A DNA stretch of 64,000 bases from a bacterium (lineage in GTDB: Bacteria > Zhuqueibacterota > Zhuqueibacteria > Residuimicrobiales > Krinioviventaceae): assembly GCA_963675755.2 (NCBI GenBank), contig CAXXMD010000002.1:1152001-1216000 (forward strand), in the 5' to 3' direction. The notes under the pieces are model-generated. The model was not told where the DNA came from, did not search any database, and saw only the letters and a list, made by a program, of their open reading frames with translations. The position numbers and the translations under genes were made by a program. Every line of letters starts with the position of its first letter. Position 1 is the first letter of the stretch. Shown piece after piece: positions 26,741 to 39,641 of this stretch.

Positions 26741-29698
26741 ATGGAAACCAGCTTATTTCAAGAATTCGTAGATCATTACAATATTTCTTATATTTTCACA
26801 GATACCAACCATAAAATTTTAAAAATGGAGGGCATGCTTTTCCCCAAACTGGTAAGCAATCTGCATTATATAGATATCAAAGATCAACAGTTATGGGACA
26901 TACTCCCCTTTCTTGAACCCTATCGTACACGAATGACCGGTGTGTATAGCGGGCATACTCCAAAATATTCATTCAATTTTAAAAGTGAAAACCCAAAGCT
27001 GGAAGAAATCCAAATCAACGTAATATCAAAAACTGATAAAGATCCCGCCGGTTTTTTATATATTTTTAATGAATTGAATGAAAACGGTAAAAGCAAAGTT
27101 GGCAATACATTTCAAATTTTACCTTCAAGAGACATACAACAATCTATATATAAACAGCAATACGAATTATCTGATCTCATTCCCCTTTCTGATTTGCAAC
27201 ACTTTCAGGATATGTTTGCTGATGCCACACGTGTAGCTTCATTAATTCTCGACGTTAATGGACACGCAATCACCAAGCCCAGTAATTATAATCCGGTTTG
27301 TAAACGTATTCAAAAACATATCAAAGGGATACAGGATTGTCAATTTTCAGATAACAAGCTTGCTGTAAAAGCCAAACAAGAGGAACAGATTGTATACCAG
27401 AGATGTGACAATTGTGATTTTCTAAACGCTGCTATACCAATTTGGGTAGCTGGCAGACATATCGCCAATTGGATGGTTGGGCAAATAAAAACAGGCCCTA
27501 CAGATAATAACAGGATCATAGAATACGCTCAAAAACTCCACATTGATGAAAACGAGTTACTTGAAAATTACGAACAATTGAAACCCATGTCAGAACAAGA
27601 GTTTAAAAGCAGGGTTGAATTATTGAACATTTTTGTACAAAAACTCTCAATATACATGTACAACAATATGATCATGGCATCTGAAATTGTAAATCTCAAC
27701 CAGATTCGTCATGACCTGGACCATGAAAGAAATTTATTACAGACATTGATGGATAACATTCCAGACTTTATCTATTTTAAAGACAATGAAAGCAAATTTA
27801 CCAGAGTTAATATTGCTCATGCCCACAATTTAAATGTTTACAGCCCTTCAAAAGCAATAGGCTTTACTGATTTTGATTTTATTGATGAAGAAACAGCCAG
27901 AGAAACAGCAGAAGACGAAAACAATCTTCTCAATACCGGCAGGCCCTTGATCGGTAAAATTGAAATGATAAAAAAGCTGGATGGCAAAATACGGTGGATA
28001 TCTACAACCAAAGTCCCCGTCAAAGATGGCAACGGTCAAATTACCGGCCTGGTTGGAATATCACGCGATATTACAAAAATTAAAAGAGCCGAAGAGCGAT
28101 TATTAAAAAAGAATGAGCAATTGGATAAAGCTCTTCAAGCAGCACAACAGGCAACACAGGCTAAATCAGAATTCCTTGCCAATATGAGTCATGAAATCAG
28201 AACACCGATGAATGGTGTAATTGGAATGACGAGTTTGCTGCAAAATACTGATCTTGACCCTGAACAAAAAGAATATGTAGATACCATTAAAACCAGTGGT
28301 GATGGTTTGATGGTAATCATAAATGATATTCTGGACTTTTCCAAGATAGAATCAGGCAAAATGGAACTGGAACAACATCCTTTTGACATTCGTGAATGTG
28401 TTGAAGAAACATTGAATATTCATTCACCAAATGCAAACAAAAAGGGATTGGAACTCACCTGCCTCTTTGATCCCAGTACTCCTACAAAAATCATTGGAGA
28501 TGTAACGCGTATCAGACAGGTCCTTAATAATCTCCTGGGAAATGCAATAAAGTTCACCAAAGAAGGTGAAGTTGTGGTATATGTGAGATCCCGTGAGAAA
28601 AAAGACGACTTTTATGAACTTGAATTTGCTATTCAAGATACCGGTATTGGTATTGCAGAAGAAAGAATGGGACTTTTGTTTCAGGCATTCAGCCAGGTAG
28701 ATGCCTCTATTACACGGAAATACGGAGGTACAGGTCTTGGACTAGCCATAAGTAAAAAGCTGTCAAATCTTATGGGTGGAGATATCTGGGTTAAAAGTAA
28801 AGCAGGAAAAGGTTCAACTTTTTACTTTACTATACAAACCAAAATCTCTAAAGCTATTATTAGTGATGACGCATTAACCAAAACGCTTGATAACAAGAGT
28901 ATTCTAATTGTTGATGATAATGACACAAATCGTCGTATTCTCGAATTACAGACACGTGCCTGGAATATGAAAACAGACAATACCGGGTATCCCCTAAAAG
29001 CATTAGAATGGCTCAAACAAGGCAAATCATATGATGTTATCCTGTTAGATATGATGATGCCGGAAATGGATGGATTAACACTAGCTGAAGAAATCCGCAA
29101 GCTGGATGCCCATAAAGGTACGCATCTTATCATGCTTACATCCGTAACCCGTACAGATGAGCATAACCAGCGGTTTAAAGATTTAAATTTTAGTAATGTA
29201 CTTTCAAAACCAGTAAGACAGGCAGTATTGATGAACACACTGGTTGAAGCATTTAGCGGAAAACAAGCCGAACAAAAAGAAAATGTTATCTTCAAGATGG
29301 ATGAACAGATGGCTGAACAATACCCGTTGAATATTCTTGTTGCTGAAGATAACAAAATTAATCAACGCCTGGCGCTCAAAGTATTAAAAAAACTGGGATA
29401 TGATGCAACCATTGCTGAAAATGGTAAAGAAGCAATTGATATGATGGAAAAACAATCTTTTGATATCATATTTATGGATATTCAAATGCCCATCATGGAT
29501 GGTTTTGAAACCACGCAATACATAATAAATAAATGGCACGATGATCGGCCTCGTATTATTGCTATGACAGCAAATGCCATGGAAGGTGACAAAGAAGCAT
29601 GTTTAAATGCGGGGATGGACGCATATATCAGTAAACCCATCAATATCAAAAGTTTGGTAAATGAATTAAAAAACAACTATCCAGACATTAATGAATGA
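26741..29698 (+). CDS. Hybrid histidine kinase: PocR sensor-PAS-HisKA-HATPase-REC-REC
   Basis: PocR-like segment ([12 protein letters not shown]...C...CQFSD...AIPI...NWMVGQ), PAS ([11 protein letters not shown]...GISRDIT), [15 protein letters not shown], two receivers. Confidence 0.92.
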   Translation: METSLFQEFVDHYNISYIFTDTNHKILKMEGMLFPKLVSNLHYIDIKDQQLWDILPFLEPYRTRMTGVYSGHTPKYSFNFKSENPKLEEIQINVISKTDKDPAGFLYIFNELNENGKSKVGNTFQILPSRDIQQSIYKQQYELSDLIPLSDLQHFQDMFADATRVASLILDVNGHAITKPSNYNPVCKRIQKHIKGIQDCQFSDNKLAVKAKQEEQIVYQRCDNCDFLNAAIPIWVAGRHIANWMVGQIKTGPTDNNRIIEYAQKLHIDENELLENYEQLKPMSEQEFKSRVELLNIFVQKLSIYMYNNMIMASEIVNLNQIRHDLDHERNLLQTLMDNIPDFIYFKDNESKFTRVNIAHAHNLNVYSPSKAIGFTDFDFIDEETARETAEDENNLLNTGRPLIGKIEMIKKLDGKIRWISTTKVPVKDGNGQITGLVGISRDITKIKRAEERLLKKNEQLDKALQAAQQATQAKSEFLANMSHEIRTPMNGVIGMTSLLQNTDLDPEQKEYVDTIKTSGDGLMVIINDILDFSKIESGKMELEQHPFDIRECVEETLNIHSPNANKKGLELTCLFDPSTPTKIIGDVTRIRQVLNNLLGNAIKFTKEGEVVVYVRSREKKDDFYELEFAIQDTGIGIAEERMGLLFQAFSQVDASITRKYGGTGLGLAISKKLSNLMGGDIWVKSKAGKGSTFYFTIQTKISKAIISDDALTKTLDNKSILIVDDNDTNRRILELQTRAWNMKTDNTGYPLKALEWLKQGKSYDVILLDMMMPEMDGLTLAEEIRKLDAHKGTHLIMLTSVTRTDEHNQRFKDLNFSNVLSKPVRQAVLMNTLVEAFSGKQAEQKENVIFKMDEQMAEQYPLNILVAEDNKINQRLALKVLKKLGYDATIAENGKEAIDMMEKQSFDIIFMDIQMPIMDGFETTQYIINKWHDDRPRIIAMTANAMEGDKEACLNAGMDAYISKPINIKSLVNELKNNYPDINE

Positions 29699-29714
29699 AA
29701 TGGTGATACGATAA

Positions 29715-32700
29715 ATGATCCAATTTAAAAAAATACTCGTTGTCTGTTTTTTCTTTTTCAATATTTCTTTTATCTTTGCTCAGAACATTGAATTTCTAAG
29801 GTCAAGAAACGAGCAGCTGGAACATCGTGATTTGAATAGATACAGGTGGGACCATTTGACTAAAAGTGATGGATTGGGTCAGGGTAATGTTGACTATATT
29901 TTGAAAAAATCAGATGGAAACATATGGATGGTTACCGGCAGCCAGGGCGCAGAAGGCACAGGCATAACCATTTGGGATGGATATAAATTTCGAAAGCTAA
30001 CTACAGATAATGGGCTCTCTACGAATCAAATCACATCAATTATAGAAGATCTGAATGGAAATGTCTGGATAGGTACAAAAACAAAAGGATTGGCAGTATA
30101 TCTCAACGATAATATTTGGAAATATTATACCACAAAAGATGGATTAAAAAACAATTTTATTACTTCTTTATACGCTGACAGACAGGGTCGAATTTGGGCA
30201 GGCACATTAAATGGCGTGTCGTTTTTTCAAAATAACGAATTCTTTTCACTTCAGCATACCCCAATGGTAGATTCTTTAGCAATTCAAGCTATTTATCAGG
30301 CACCTGACAAGAGCATGTGGTTTGCTCAGGAACCCGGAAATGTATATCGCTATAAGGATGGCAAATGGAAAAACTGGACTTTATCACCTAATTCACTTTG
30401 GACTAATATTAATCATTACAACTTTATTGAATTCACCCAAAATGAATTGTGGCTGCCTTCCAATAATGGTATATATATATTTAACAGGGATCAATACAAG
30501 CATATTGATACCCGTCATGGTCTACCCGGAAATCAAATTACAGATTTAAAAAAATTCAGCGACGGAAAACTATATATCTGCACAGAATTTAATGGAATAG
30601 GTATATATGATGGAAATATATGGAGACATTATAACGATTATGACGGACTTGGTAATGATGTAACATTTTCAATTGTTGAAAATGAAGATAATATTCTAAT
30701 TGGTACCATGACGGGGCTCACTATATGGCATCCATCAAATTGGCAATACATTACAAGACAAAACGGTCTGTTAACCAATAGTGTACGTAATGTATTAATT
30801 CAGGAGGATAACAGTATATGGTTTTCAACTCCTATGGGTATTGCTGTTAACGAAAATGGTAATTGGCGATATTTTCATCAAAAAGATGGCTTGCCTGGGA
30901 AATTCTGCAATAAACTATACAGCGATGACCAAAACAATGTCTGGGTAACCTGTACTGACTGGCAATCAAAAGAAAGCGGTATGGCACTTTATAATAAAAG
31001 AACATCAAAATTTGATTATAAAGGAAACTTTCAAACTTTTATTTTTAAAAGTACAGATGGTTCATTGTGGGCAGGAAACACAAACAACTGGAAGACCAAA
31101 AGAGATCTATTGGTAAGAATTAAAGATGATGCAAAAACAACATTCAATGAACAAAATGGTTTTCCCCTCCTCTCCTGTTATGGAGGATTTGAAGCAAATG
31201 ATGGTTCTATATGGATTTATTCAAAACATAATGGAATTGCTGTTTATAAAAATGAAAACTGGAAACACATAACAATCAAAGATGGCTTGTGCAGTAATAA
31301 AATCAGTTCAATGTATCAAACTGCAAATGGGGATATTTGGGTTGGAAGCATGGACAAGGGTGTTTCAATTTACAAAGGAAATAAGTGGATTACATTTGAT
31401 AAAAAGAGCGGATTTAATGGAGCATTCATTAATAATATTCTGGAAACAAAAGAAGGTCATATCTGGTTTGGCTCAGAAGGTGATGGCATTATCATTTATG
31501 ATGGTGAAAACTTTGAACAAATGACCAAATTTGAGGGTTTGCCAAGTAATCTGATTTGGGACCTTGACCTGGCAAAAGATGGTTCAATCTGGGTCAGTAC
31601 TAAAGACAAAGGTGTTGCAATTTATAAACACTCGGAAAATAAAATACCTCATACCATTGTATATGATAATAAAAAATGGTTAATAAATAATAATAATAAT
31701 AAAAACAACTATTATACAATTTTAGAAGATAGTACTCAATATTTAAATAATGTTACCATTGCCGGTTTAAACTGTCATCCCACAAAAAAGTTTAAAGACA
31801 TTGTAATCAAAGGAAATAAAATTGATCTGTATGTTGATGGACTTGTCAAATGGCATAAAACAAACTCTGGGATGTTTAATTATTCATGGAAAATTGATGA
31901 TCAACCATGGAGTAATTATGTAAAAGGCCCCATAATTCATATAACAGATTTGACCAGCGGACCTCATACATTGTCAGTAAGGGCAAAATCCCCCTTATTT
32001 CATGTAGATCCAGATCCCGTGTTGGTTGAATTTCGCATCATCAAACCCATTCCTGTGCTGGCAATTAGCTTTATAATTTTGGGAATTATCATCGTATTGA
32101 TTTCCATAAAACTGTTCGTCATCTCCCAGGAAAAAAAGCGAATAAAATATGATATGGAAGAAGCCGAACGTCAGATAGAAATTGCGGAACAAGACCGCCG
32201 TATTATGGAACTGGAAAAACTACGGGCTATACAGGAAAAAGAAATTGAACGCAAAGAAAAAGAATACTCTTTGCAGGCACAAAAGGTATTAGAAGAAGCC
32301 AAAGACCTTGCCGAAGAAGCCACCCGGGCTAAAAGTGAATTCCTTGCCAATATGAGTCACGAAATTCGAACTCCTATGAATGCAGTAATAGGGCTTACCG
32401 GACTATTACTCGAGACGGAATTGGATGAAGAACAACGAGATTATGTAGAAACTGTTAAATCCAGTGGTGACGCACTCATGTCTGTAATAAACGATATTCT
32501 GGATTATTCTAAAATTGAATCCGGTAAAATGCAATTTGAACAGCAGCCATTTAAACTTCGGGATTGTATAGAAAGTTGTCTGGATTATCATGCAACCAAT
32601 GCGGCCAAAAAGAACCTGGATCTTACGTATTATATTGAACCCGGAATTCCGGATGTGATCATTGGAGACTTTAACAGGATCCGTCAAATCCTCAATAACC

Positions 32701-33887
32701 TGCTGAGCAATGCGGTTAAATTTACAAATTATGGTGATATTTTTGTACACGCCAATGCAGCACCTAAAAACGATGAATATGAATTTCATCTCATGGTCAA
32801 AGATACAGGTATTGGTATTGAAGCAGATAAAGTGGATCATGTATTCAGATCTTTTACTCAAGCAGATGCTTCCACTACGCGAAAATATGGCGGTACGGGC
32901 TTGGGTCTTACAATCAGCAAAAGCCTGAGTGAAAAAATGGGTGGAACCATGTGGGTTAACAGCCAACCGGGCAAAGGTTCATCATTTCACTTTACATTTG
33001 CAGCTCAAGGTAACATTACTCTGCAAAACGAATTAAAACCTGATAATGAAGACAACTTTAACAACCGTAATATTCTGATTGTTGATGATAATGATACAAA
33101 CCGGCGTATTCTTTCAATCATGCTGAAACGCTGGGGTATGAATACCCGAGATGTTGCAACCGGACAAGAAGCATTAGAGTTGATTGAGCATGGAGCCGAG
33201 TTTGATCTGGCAATTCTTGATTTACAAATGCCTGAAATGGACGGCATAATGCTCGCTGAAAAAATCAGAGAGACAAAAAGCGCAGAGGTGCTTCCCCTCG
33301 TTATGTTGACTTCGGTTGGTTTCAGGGATAATGATGAAAAATTTAAGGCATTAAAATTTTCTAGTTTTGTACACAAACCGGTCAAGCAATCAAGTTTGTT
33401 CAACATCCTGATGCATATCTTTGATGGAAAACTGCCTAAAAGAATCAAAGAAAAAGAACCTCAGGATAATAAAAATACAGAATTTGCACGTCAGTATCCG
33501 TTACGTATTCTGGTTGCAGAAGATAATCCTATTAATCAGAAACTGGCACAACGTATCCTCCAAAAATATGGCTATACTCCATCCATTGTAGATAATGGGC
33601 TGGAAGCTGTTCATGCTCTTGACCAGCACACATATGATCTGGTCTTAATGGATGTACAAATGCCAGAAATGGATGGTTACGAAGCAACCAAAGTTATTAC
33701 CGAACGTTTTGGCGGCAGCAGACCCTTTATTATTGCAATGACTGCTAATGCCATGGAAGGTGATCGTGAAAAATGTCTGCAAGCCGGTATGGATGATTAC
33801 GTTAGCAAACCCATTCAGCTTGAACAATTATTGGCCTTGTTCAAAGAATATCATGGAAAAATTCGGGATTTAAAAGCAACGGCTTGA
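29715..33887 (+). CDS. Membrane hybrid histidine kinase with periplasmic Reg_prop beta-propeller and Y_Y_Y-like domain, HisKA-HATPase-REC-REC
   Basis: Signal peptide, repeated DGL..N.I..I.ED..G.IW.GT, TM helix, [15 protein letters not shown], two receivers. Confidence 0.92.
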   Translation: MIQFKKILVVCFFFFNISFIFAQNIEFLRSRNEQLEHRDLNRYRWDHLTKSDGLGQGNVDYILKKSDGNIWMVTGSQGAEGTGITIWDGYKFRKLTTDNGLSTNQITSIIEDLNGNVWIGTKTKGLAVYLNDNIWKYYTTKDGLKNNFITSLYADRQGRIWAGTLNGVSFFQNNEFFSLQHTPMVDSLAIQAIYQAPDKSMWFAQEPGNVYRYKDGKWKNWTLSPNSLWTNINHYNFIEFTQNELWLPSNNGIYIFNRDQYKHIDTRHGLPGNQITDLKKFSDGKLYICTEFNGIGIYDGNIWRHYNDYDGLGNDVTFSIVENEDNILIGTMTGLTIWHPSNWQYITRQNGLLTNSVRNVLIQEDNSIWFSTPMGIAVNENGNWRYFHQKDGLPGKFCNKLYSDDQNNVWVTCTDWQSKESGMALYNKRTSKFDYKGNFQTFIFKSTDGSLWAGNTNNWKTKRDLLVRIKDDAKTTFNEQNGFPLLSCYGGFEANDGSIWIYSKHNGIAVYKNENWKHITIKDGLCSNKISSMYQTANGDIWVGSMDKGVSIYKGNKWITFDKKSGFNGAFINNILETKEGHIWFGSEGDGIIIYDGENFEQMTKFEGLPSNLIWDLDLAKDGSIWVSTKDKGVAIYKHSENKIPHTIVYDNKKWLINNNNNKNNYYTILEDSTQYLNNVTIAGLNCHPTKKFKDIVIKGNKIDLYVDGLVKWHKTNSGMFNYSWKIDDQPWSNYVKGPIIHITDLTSGPHTLSVRAKSPLFHVDPDPVLVEFRIIKPIPVLAISFIILGIIIVLISIKLFVISQEKKRIKYDMEEAERQIEIAEQDRRIMELEKLRAIQEKEIERKEKEYSLQAQKVLEEAKDLAEEATRAKSEFLANMSHEIRTPMNAVIGLTGLLLETELDEEQRDYVETVKSSGDALMSVINDILDYSKIESGKMQFEQQPFKLRDCIESCLDYHATNAAKKNLDLTYYIEPGIPDVIIGDFNRIRQILNNLLSNAVKFTNYGDIFVHANAAPKNDEYEFHLMVKDTGIGIEADKVDHVFRSFTQADASTTRKYGGTGLGLTISKSLSEKMGGTMWVNSQPGKGSSFHFTFAAQGNITLQNELKPDNEDNFNNRNILIVDDNDTNRRILSIMLKRWGMNTRDVATGQEALELIEHGAEFDLAILDLQMPEMDGIMLAEKIRETKSAEVLPLVMLTSVGFRDNDEKFKALKFSSFVHKPVKQSSLFNILMHIFDGKLPKRIKEKEPQDNKNTEFARQYPLRILVAEDNPINQKLAQRILQKYGYTPSIVDNGLEAVHALDQHTYDLVLMDVQMPEMDGYEATKVITERFGGSRPFIIAMTANAMEGDREKCLQAGMDDYVSKPIQLEQLLALFKEYHGKIRDLKATA

Positions 33888-34056
33888 CACGATAGTATGC
33901 CATATTGACAGACTTACTGACAATCCTGCAATTATCAATGCATTTTCCATGGTCACACAACATAATATAAATTATAGATTTAAGCCATAAAATATCTTTT
34001 GCACAGAATTTGCTGCATAGCTTAAAAAACAGCATTAAATTCAAGAAAGGATAATC

Positions 34057-35943
34057 ATGGCAGAGAAATCATCTCAGTATCAGTTTCAAGCCGAAGTAAA
34101 CCAGTTACTGGATATTTTAACCCACTCTTTATATACTCACCGGGATATCTTTGTTAGAGAATTGGTCTCTAATGCGGCAGACGCTTTAGACAAGGCCAGA
34201 TTCAAATCTATCAAAGGTGAAGAGATCAATGATTCCGACCTGGATCTTGAAATCCGTATAGATCTGGACAAAGACAACAAGACCATTACCCTCTCCGATA
34301 CAGGTATCGGAATGACCAAAGAAGAGCTGATCAATAACATTGGCACCATCGCCCGTTCAGGAACCTCTGACTTTGTTAAACAATTGTCACAGGAAAATGT
34401 CAAAGATGTAAACTTGATTGGTCGTTTTGGAGTTGGATTTTATTCTGTTTTCATGGCAGGTGAAAAAGTAGAAATTACTACCCAATCCGCCACTCCGGGT
34501 GAACCAACCTGGATCTGGATCAGCGATGGAAAAGGCGAGTTTACTATTGACGAAGCAGAAACACCAGCCAAACGCGGCACCCAGATCAAAGTCTACCTTC
34601 GTGATGATGCTGAACAATTTGCTGATTCTTACACCATTAAACATGCTATTGAAAAATATTCGAATTTTGTATCGTTCCCCATCAAACTTGATGGAGAACA
34701 GGTTAACACTATATCAGCCATTTGGCGTGAACCCAAAAGCAGCTTGAAAAAAGAACAATATACTGAATTCTTTAAATATCTTGCAAAGCAACCGGATGAT
34801 CCTATAACCTATTTGCATTTTAGTGCCGATGCTCCCATACAGTTCAACTCGCTGATATTTGTTCCCAAAACCAATCTCGAGCTCATGGGATTCGGACGGG
34901 ATGAAGAAGGCATCCACATGTTTGTTAAGCGCGTACTGGTAGATGCACACTCTAAGGACATTCTGCCCAATTATCTGCGTTTTGCCAGCGGTGTTGTGGA
35001 AAGTGATGAACTGCCCCTCAACATTTCCAGAGAAACCCTGCAGGAAAATCCGTATATGATGAAAATCAAAAATACGGTTGTAAACAAATTCCTCAGTCAT
35101 TTACAAGACTTTTCCAAAGATGAAGAAGCTTACAAAGAATTCTGGAACCAGCATGGCAGAATCCTCAAAGAAGGTTATAATGATTTTCAGCATAAAGACA
35201 AGCTGGTAGAGTTGTTCAGATTCAACTCTTCAAAGTCTGAAAATGGTGATGAATTGGTCTCTCTTCGCACCTATGTTGACCGCATGTCTGAAAAACAGCA
35301 GGATATTTATTACCTTTCAGGATCATCTCGCGAAGCTATTGAAAACAATCCCGCAATGGACTTGTTCAAATCCAAAGATATTGAAGTATTGTACAGTTTT
35401 GATCCTATCGATGAATTTGTACTATCCGGCATTGTGGAATATGATAAAAAGAAATTTGTATCCGTTGACCAGGCTGACCTCGGTCATTTGAATGATATTC
35501 CTAATCAGGATAAAGATGAAGAAAAAGAAGAAACAAAGTCTGAAGATTTGAAGGATTTTGACAATCTTGCAAGACGCATCAAAGACATTTTAGGCGGAAA
35601 AGTTGAAGATGTTCGTCTCTCAGAGCGATTGGTCAAGAATCCTGCAGTATTGATTGGATCACAGGGTGGCATGTCTGCACAGATGGAAAAGATTATGCAT
35701 CTCTATAATCAGGATACCAAACTGTCACCCAAGGTCATGGAAATCAATCCCAAACATACGGTAATCAAAAACATGTTGTCCATTTACAAAAAAGATGTTG
35801 CTGATCCCCTGTTAAACAAACTTGCGAATAATCTGTTTAATAGCGTTGCTTTGCTTGATGGCAACATTCAGGATCCACATGAAATGGCAGCAACTATACA
35901 GGAGCTGCTGGAAGAAACTTCCAAGCTTTACATTAAAGAATAA
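34057..35943 (+). CDS. htpG: Molecular chaperone HtpG (Hsp90)
   Basis: FQAEVNQLL..HSLY...RELVSNAADA, DTGIGM, GTIARSGT, IGRFGVGFYS, LPLNISRETLQ. Confidence 0.97.
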   Translation: MAEKSSQYQFQAEVNQLLDILTHSLYTHRDIFVRELVSNAADALDKARFKSIKGEEINDSDLDLEIRIDLDKDNKTITLSDTGIGMTKEELINNIGTIARSGTSDFVKQLSQENVKDVNLIGRFGVGFYSVFMAGEKVEITTQSATPGEPTWIWISDGKGEFTIDEAETPAKRGTQIKVYLRDDAEQFADSYTIKHAIEKYSNFVSFPIKLDGEQVNTISAIWREPKSSLKKEQYTEFFKYLAKQPDDPITYLHFSADAPIQFNSLIFVPKTNLELMGFGRDEEGIHMFVKRVLVDAHSKDILPNYLRFASGVVESDELPLNISRETLQENPYMMKIKNTVVNKFLSHLQDFSKDEEAYKEFWNQHGRILKEGYNDFQHKDKLVELFRFNSSKSENGDELVSLRTYVDRMSEKQQDIYYLSGSSREAIENNPAMDLFKSKDIEVLYSFDPIDEFVLSGIVEYDKKKFVSVDQADLGHLNDIPNQDKDEEKEETKSEDLKDFDNLARRIKDILGGKVEDVRLSERLVKNPAVLIGSQGGMSAQMEKIMHLYNQDTKLSPKVMEINPKHTVIKNMLSIYKKDVADPLLNKLANNLFNSVALLDGNIQDPHEMAATIQELLEETSKLYIKE

Positions 35944-35959
35944 ATAGCTATAAATCGAT

Positions 35960-35990
35960 AAAGGACGGCCAATTAGCCGTCCTTTTTTTT
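35960..35990 (+). terminator. Rho-independent terminator
   Basis: AAAGGACGGC-CAATTA-GCCGTCCTTTTTTTT. Confidence 0.85.
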
Positions 35991-36051
35991 GTCGTTTATA
36001 TGTAAATCCAGGCGTAATCGCCAGATTTTTTACACCCGGATTTGGGAGGAG

Positions 36052-38487
36052 TTATTCACAACTGGGGCAAATCTTTGCCAGCATGGGATCAGTGGGGCAT
36101 CCTTCAAGACTGCCTGATTTCACCTGGTCTACCATTTCATCACCATACTTTTCACGTGCTTCTAGTTCAATCTGATTCAGATCAGAGAATTCAGCCGTGT
36201 TTCCCTCAATTTTAACAGCCTCTTTAGGTTTACCATTACCATTCCCAGTAGTAGCAGAACGTTTACCGAATCCCTTTCTTTCACCACGTTTATTGACATT
36301 TGACGTATATTTTTCACCCTTGATGGTTTTATCAATAAAACAGTAATAAGTAGATTTCAGTTCCATTTTCCATGCATACTGGTAAATCTCGTCCATGTTA
36401 GCACGCAAATCTTCATTAATGTAAAGGGATTTGGATACTGCCTGGTCAATATGACGTTGAAACGCGGCTGCAATCTCGATCTGCCTGAAAGGTGATATTT
36501 CATAAGCTGATTTGAACAATGCTTTATCAATTTTTCCATCCAATTCATCAATGTACTGTACGGATCCGTTTTGTCCTTTGATAATCTCGTACATCTCATC
36601 ATTCCAAAGATCTTTTTCTTCAAGCATTTGCATAAGCTTTTTGTTAACTACAATAAATTTACCGGACAGTGTATCGCGCGAATAAATATTGCTGAAAAAG
36701 CTGTCAATGGTTGATGTTGTTCCTGCTATGATGGAAATAGATGCTGTTGGAGCTATTGCCAGAAGAACAGAGTTTCTGCGGGGTTTATAGTTATACGGTT
36801 TACCTTTTTCCTGCATTTCAATATAATGCGAAAACGCGCCCTTTTCCACAGCCATGGTTTCAGATTTTGCATAAGCAATCTCTTTGAAAAATGCAGCAAT
36901 CTTGTCTGCCATTTGTACAGCCCGGTCAGAATCATAAGCAATACCCAGGTCAAGCAATGCTTCCGCAAAGCCCATAAGTCCCACTCCCATAGGTCTCAAA
37001 TCCATGGTATTCTTTTTTGATTCCGGCGAGGGATAAAAATTCCTGTCCATAATGTTATCAAGCGCAAGAACAGCAGTTTCTATGGTATCTTTTAGTTTTT
37101 CCCAATCAATATCGGTCTTTTCTTCATTCACATGACGAGACAAATTCAACGATGCCAACGTGCATACTGCGGTTGAGCCTGGGGAATTTGGAATAGATAT
37201 TTCCGTACATAAATTTGAACTATTGATAACACTGTAATCCGGACATGGATTATATCGATTATGCGCGTCCTTGAAAGTAAGCCAGGGGTGTCCTGTCTTG
37301 GCCAGTTTGAATAGATATTTTTTGTAAAACTCTTTACTGTCAACCTTGCGCCAGAGTTTAAGCTTGCCCGCTTCGGCATCTCGGATATATTTTTTATATT
37401 TCTTTGAAAAATCATCACCAATGGCTTCTACCAGATCAGGACATTCGGCAGGGTCAAACAAATATAATGGATCTCCCCTGTCTATACGATGCATCATTTC
37501 ATCCGGCATCCAAAAAGCAGTATTCAGGGAGGGTGTACGCAAATACGCGTTACCGGTTGTTTCTTTTAAATCCAAAAACGCTTCAATATCATAATGCCAG
37601 GGCTGAATATAAACAACCTGCGAGCTTCTCCTTCTGCCACCCTGCTGTATTGCGTTAACTGTTGTATCAAAAATCTTGATGAACGGAATGATACCCGAGG
37701 ACCTTGCATTCAACGAATGAATTGCGGAACCAGTTGCTCTAATGCGGGTCACATCTGTTCCGACACCACCCGCAAATTTAGCAAGCAATGAAGTTTCACG
37801 TACCTTGTCCATAATGCCCATCAAATCATCATCCACAACATTGATGTAACAACTGCTGTATTGACTGGTGGTCATACCTGAATTGTACAAAGAAGGTGTT
37901 GAATGCAGGTATTCGAGATTTGATAATTTGTTATAAATTTTTATAACCTGTTCTTCATTGTCTCCAATGCCCATTGCTACACGCATAAAAAACCATTGCA
38001 GTTTTTCAATAATCTCATAATTTCGGTCACGGGTAAAATAACGGTTCTGCAACGTAGACAATCCAAAATAATCCAATTCATCGTTACGGGATTCCTGAAT
38101 TGCGTTTTCAATTTTTTTCAGATCAAAATCAAGCAGGTCTTTTTTAAGTATATTTTCTTTAACGCCAAACTTTACATATTCGCCAAAGGCCTTGAAACGC
38201 AGATCAATTTTACGATTGATGATCTTTTGCAATTGTCGCACAGCCAGTCTGTCATAGATAGTATTGCGCGGAATGAGCTGCTCAATGGCTTTTAATACCA
38301 GGTAATCCAGCTCTTCTGTGGTTACCCTTTCCGGTACTTTGAGGTCCAGTTCTTTTAATACTTTGTATACTATGCCGTAATCATCCTGAATGTCCATATC
38401 TTCAAGCAGCCAGAAAATAGCATTCACAATTTTACGGGTTTGAAATTTCTCTTCCACCCCTTCGCGTTTAACAACAATTCTCTCCAA
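36052..38487 (-). CDS. nrdA: Class I ribonucleoside-diphosphate reductase alpha subunit with N-terminal ATP-cone
   Basis: VVKREG ATP-cone, STPSLYNSG, SSCY, GGVG, SSNLCTEI, VCTLASLN, APTASIS, KSTYY, C-terminal CPSC. Confidence 0.95.
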   Translation of the reverse strand: MERIVVKREGVEEKFQTRKIVNAIFWLLEDMDIQDDYGIVYKVLKELDLKVPERVTTEELDYLVLKAIEQLIPRNTIYDRLAVRQLQKIINRKIDLRFKAFGEYVKFGVKENILKKDLLDFDLKKIENAIQESRNDELDYFGLSTLQNRYFTRDRNYEIIEKLQWFFMRVAMGIGDNEEQVIKIYNKLSNLEYLHSTPSLYNSGMTTSQYSSCYINVVDDDLMGIMDKVRETSLLAKFAGGVGTDVTRIRATGSAIHSLNARSSGIIPFIKIFDTTVNAIQQGGRRRSSQVVYIQPWHYDIEAFLDLKETTGNAYLRTPSLNTAFWMPDEMMHRIDRGDPLYLFDPAECPDLVEAIGDDFSKKYKKYIRDAEAGKLKLWRKVDSKEFYKKYLFKLAKTGHPWLTFKDAHNRYNPCPDYSVINSSNLCTEISIPNSPGSTAVCTLASLNLSRHVNEEKTDIDWEKLKDTIETAVLALDNIMDRNFYPSPESKKNTMDLRPMGVGLMGFAEALLDLGIAYDSDRAVQMADKIAAFFKEIAYAKSETMAVEKGAFSHYIEMQEKGKPYNYKPRRNSVLLAIAPTASISIIAGTTSTIDSFFSNIYSRDTLSGKFIVVNKKLMQMLEEKDLWNDEMYEIIKGQNGSVQYIDELDGKIDKALFKSAYEISPFRQIEIAAAFQRHIDQAVSKSLYINEDLRANMDEIYQYAWKMELKSTYYCFIDKTIKGEKYTSNVNKRGERKGFGKRSATTGNGNGKPKEAVKIEGNTAEFSDLNQIELEAREKYGDEMVDQVKSGSLEGCPTDPMLAKICPSCE

Positions 38488-38502
38488 GATGACTCCCTCC
38501 TC

Positions 38503-39492
38503 TTAATAATTGGTATATTCGGTAGATGATACTTCAAAAAAGTTGGTTAATTTTTTCAGATCTTCCTTTTGCAGGAATTTGAGCGGATTCTCATCCACAT
38601 AATAGTGTGGTTCAAAACCCAGTTCTTCAAGTCGACGGTCTGTTACATATCTCAGGTACAGTTCCAGTTCCTTGTAGGTCAAACCATAGATTGTGCGTCC
38701 ACCGAATATACGCTGCAAATACTCAAATTCCAGGTTGGCGCCATCAATGATGATATTGCGGATCTCGTCTACAAATTCAGAATCTTCAACAATCTCGGGG
38801 GTCTCTTCAATAAGTATAAGTATGGCTTCAATACCATTCTGCAAATGCAGGCTTTCGTCTATCAATACCAGTTCAACACCGGAGACCACATTTTTCATTT
38901 TTCCAGTATCTTTCATGGCAAAAAAATGCGCGAATGATGAATAAAAGAAAATACCTTCCATTACAATATTATTCAGCAATATACTTTTTACGATCTGTTT
39001 TCTACCGTCAACCGAATAGGGATCACCCTTACCATAGGTGAGCTTGTCAACTTCACGGATTACAATATCCTGTTTTTCTTTTAGCAGTTTATCGGTTTGG
39101 GTGATTTTGTACATTTTACTGCGGTCCATTTCAAATGTCTGCATTACGCTTTCGAAAAAATCACTGTGGATATTTTCAACAAACATCTGCGTGGTAAATG
39201 ACATTTTGGCATAAGGATCTATCAACAACGGGAAAAATCCGTTCACCAATACATTCCCTACCAGCAATTCGGATGATGAAAAATACCCCACAGCCATGTC
39301 AAACACTTCTTTTTCCGCAGCACTCAACGAGTTGTAATCCAATACATCCTGTTGAATATTCAGCTCTTCCGGAAACCAGATGGCTTGTTTTTGTTGTTTA
39401 TAGAGTTCTTTGAAAATGGGGAATTTGGGATCATCGCTGATATCAATATTTTCCCTGACCGAAGTCTTGCCAATCAAAGCGGATTTCTGCAT
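38503..39492 (-). CDS. nrdB: Ribonucleotide reductase beta subunit, class Ic (R2c, Mn/Fe)-type signature
   Basis: WFPEE, SSSE (Glu first ligand), ENIHSDFF (Phe at radical-Tyr position), EGIFFYSSF, DESLH, NFFE...EY. Confidence 0.92.
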   Translation of the reverse strand: MQKSALIGKTSVRENIDISDDPKFPIFKELYKQQKQAIWFPEELNIQQDVLDYNSLSAAEKEVFDMAVGYFSSSELLVGNVLVNGFFPLLIDPYAKMSFTTQMFVENIHSDFFESVMQTFEMDRSKMYKITQTDKLLKEKQDIVIREVDKLTYGKGDPYSVDGRKQIVKSILLNNIVMEGIFFYSSFAHFFAMKDTGKMKNVVSGVELVLIDESLHLQNGIEAILILIEETPEIVEDSEFVDEIRNIIIDGANLEFEYLQRIFGGRTIYGLTYKELELYLRYVTDRRLEELGFEPHYYVDENPLKFLQKEDLKKLTNFFEVSSTEYTNY

Positions 39493-39641
39493 AGCTACTC
39501 CTCCTCAATATGAATATATTCCGTTTTGTTAAAAGGCCATAAATAACAGCTCTTTTTGATGTGATTTAATGTGGTGATTCTGGCTTACTGCACAAAAAAT
39601 TTGGGTGCAGGAGTTATACAACGAGGAGGTTACCCCATATA

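Noticed and set aside
31686-31700. (AAT)5 microsatellite in the sensor kinase
   Set aside because: Short in-frame trinucleotide run encoding poly-Asn; slippage would not shift the frame.
33999-34014. TTGCAC-N5-TTGCT upstream of htpG as a sigma54 promoter
   Set aside because: Spacing and position fit but the essential -24 GG is TG; not supportable without TSS data.
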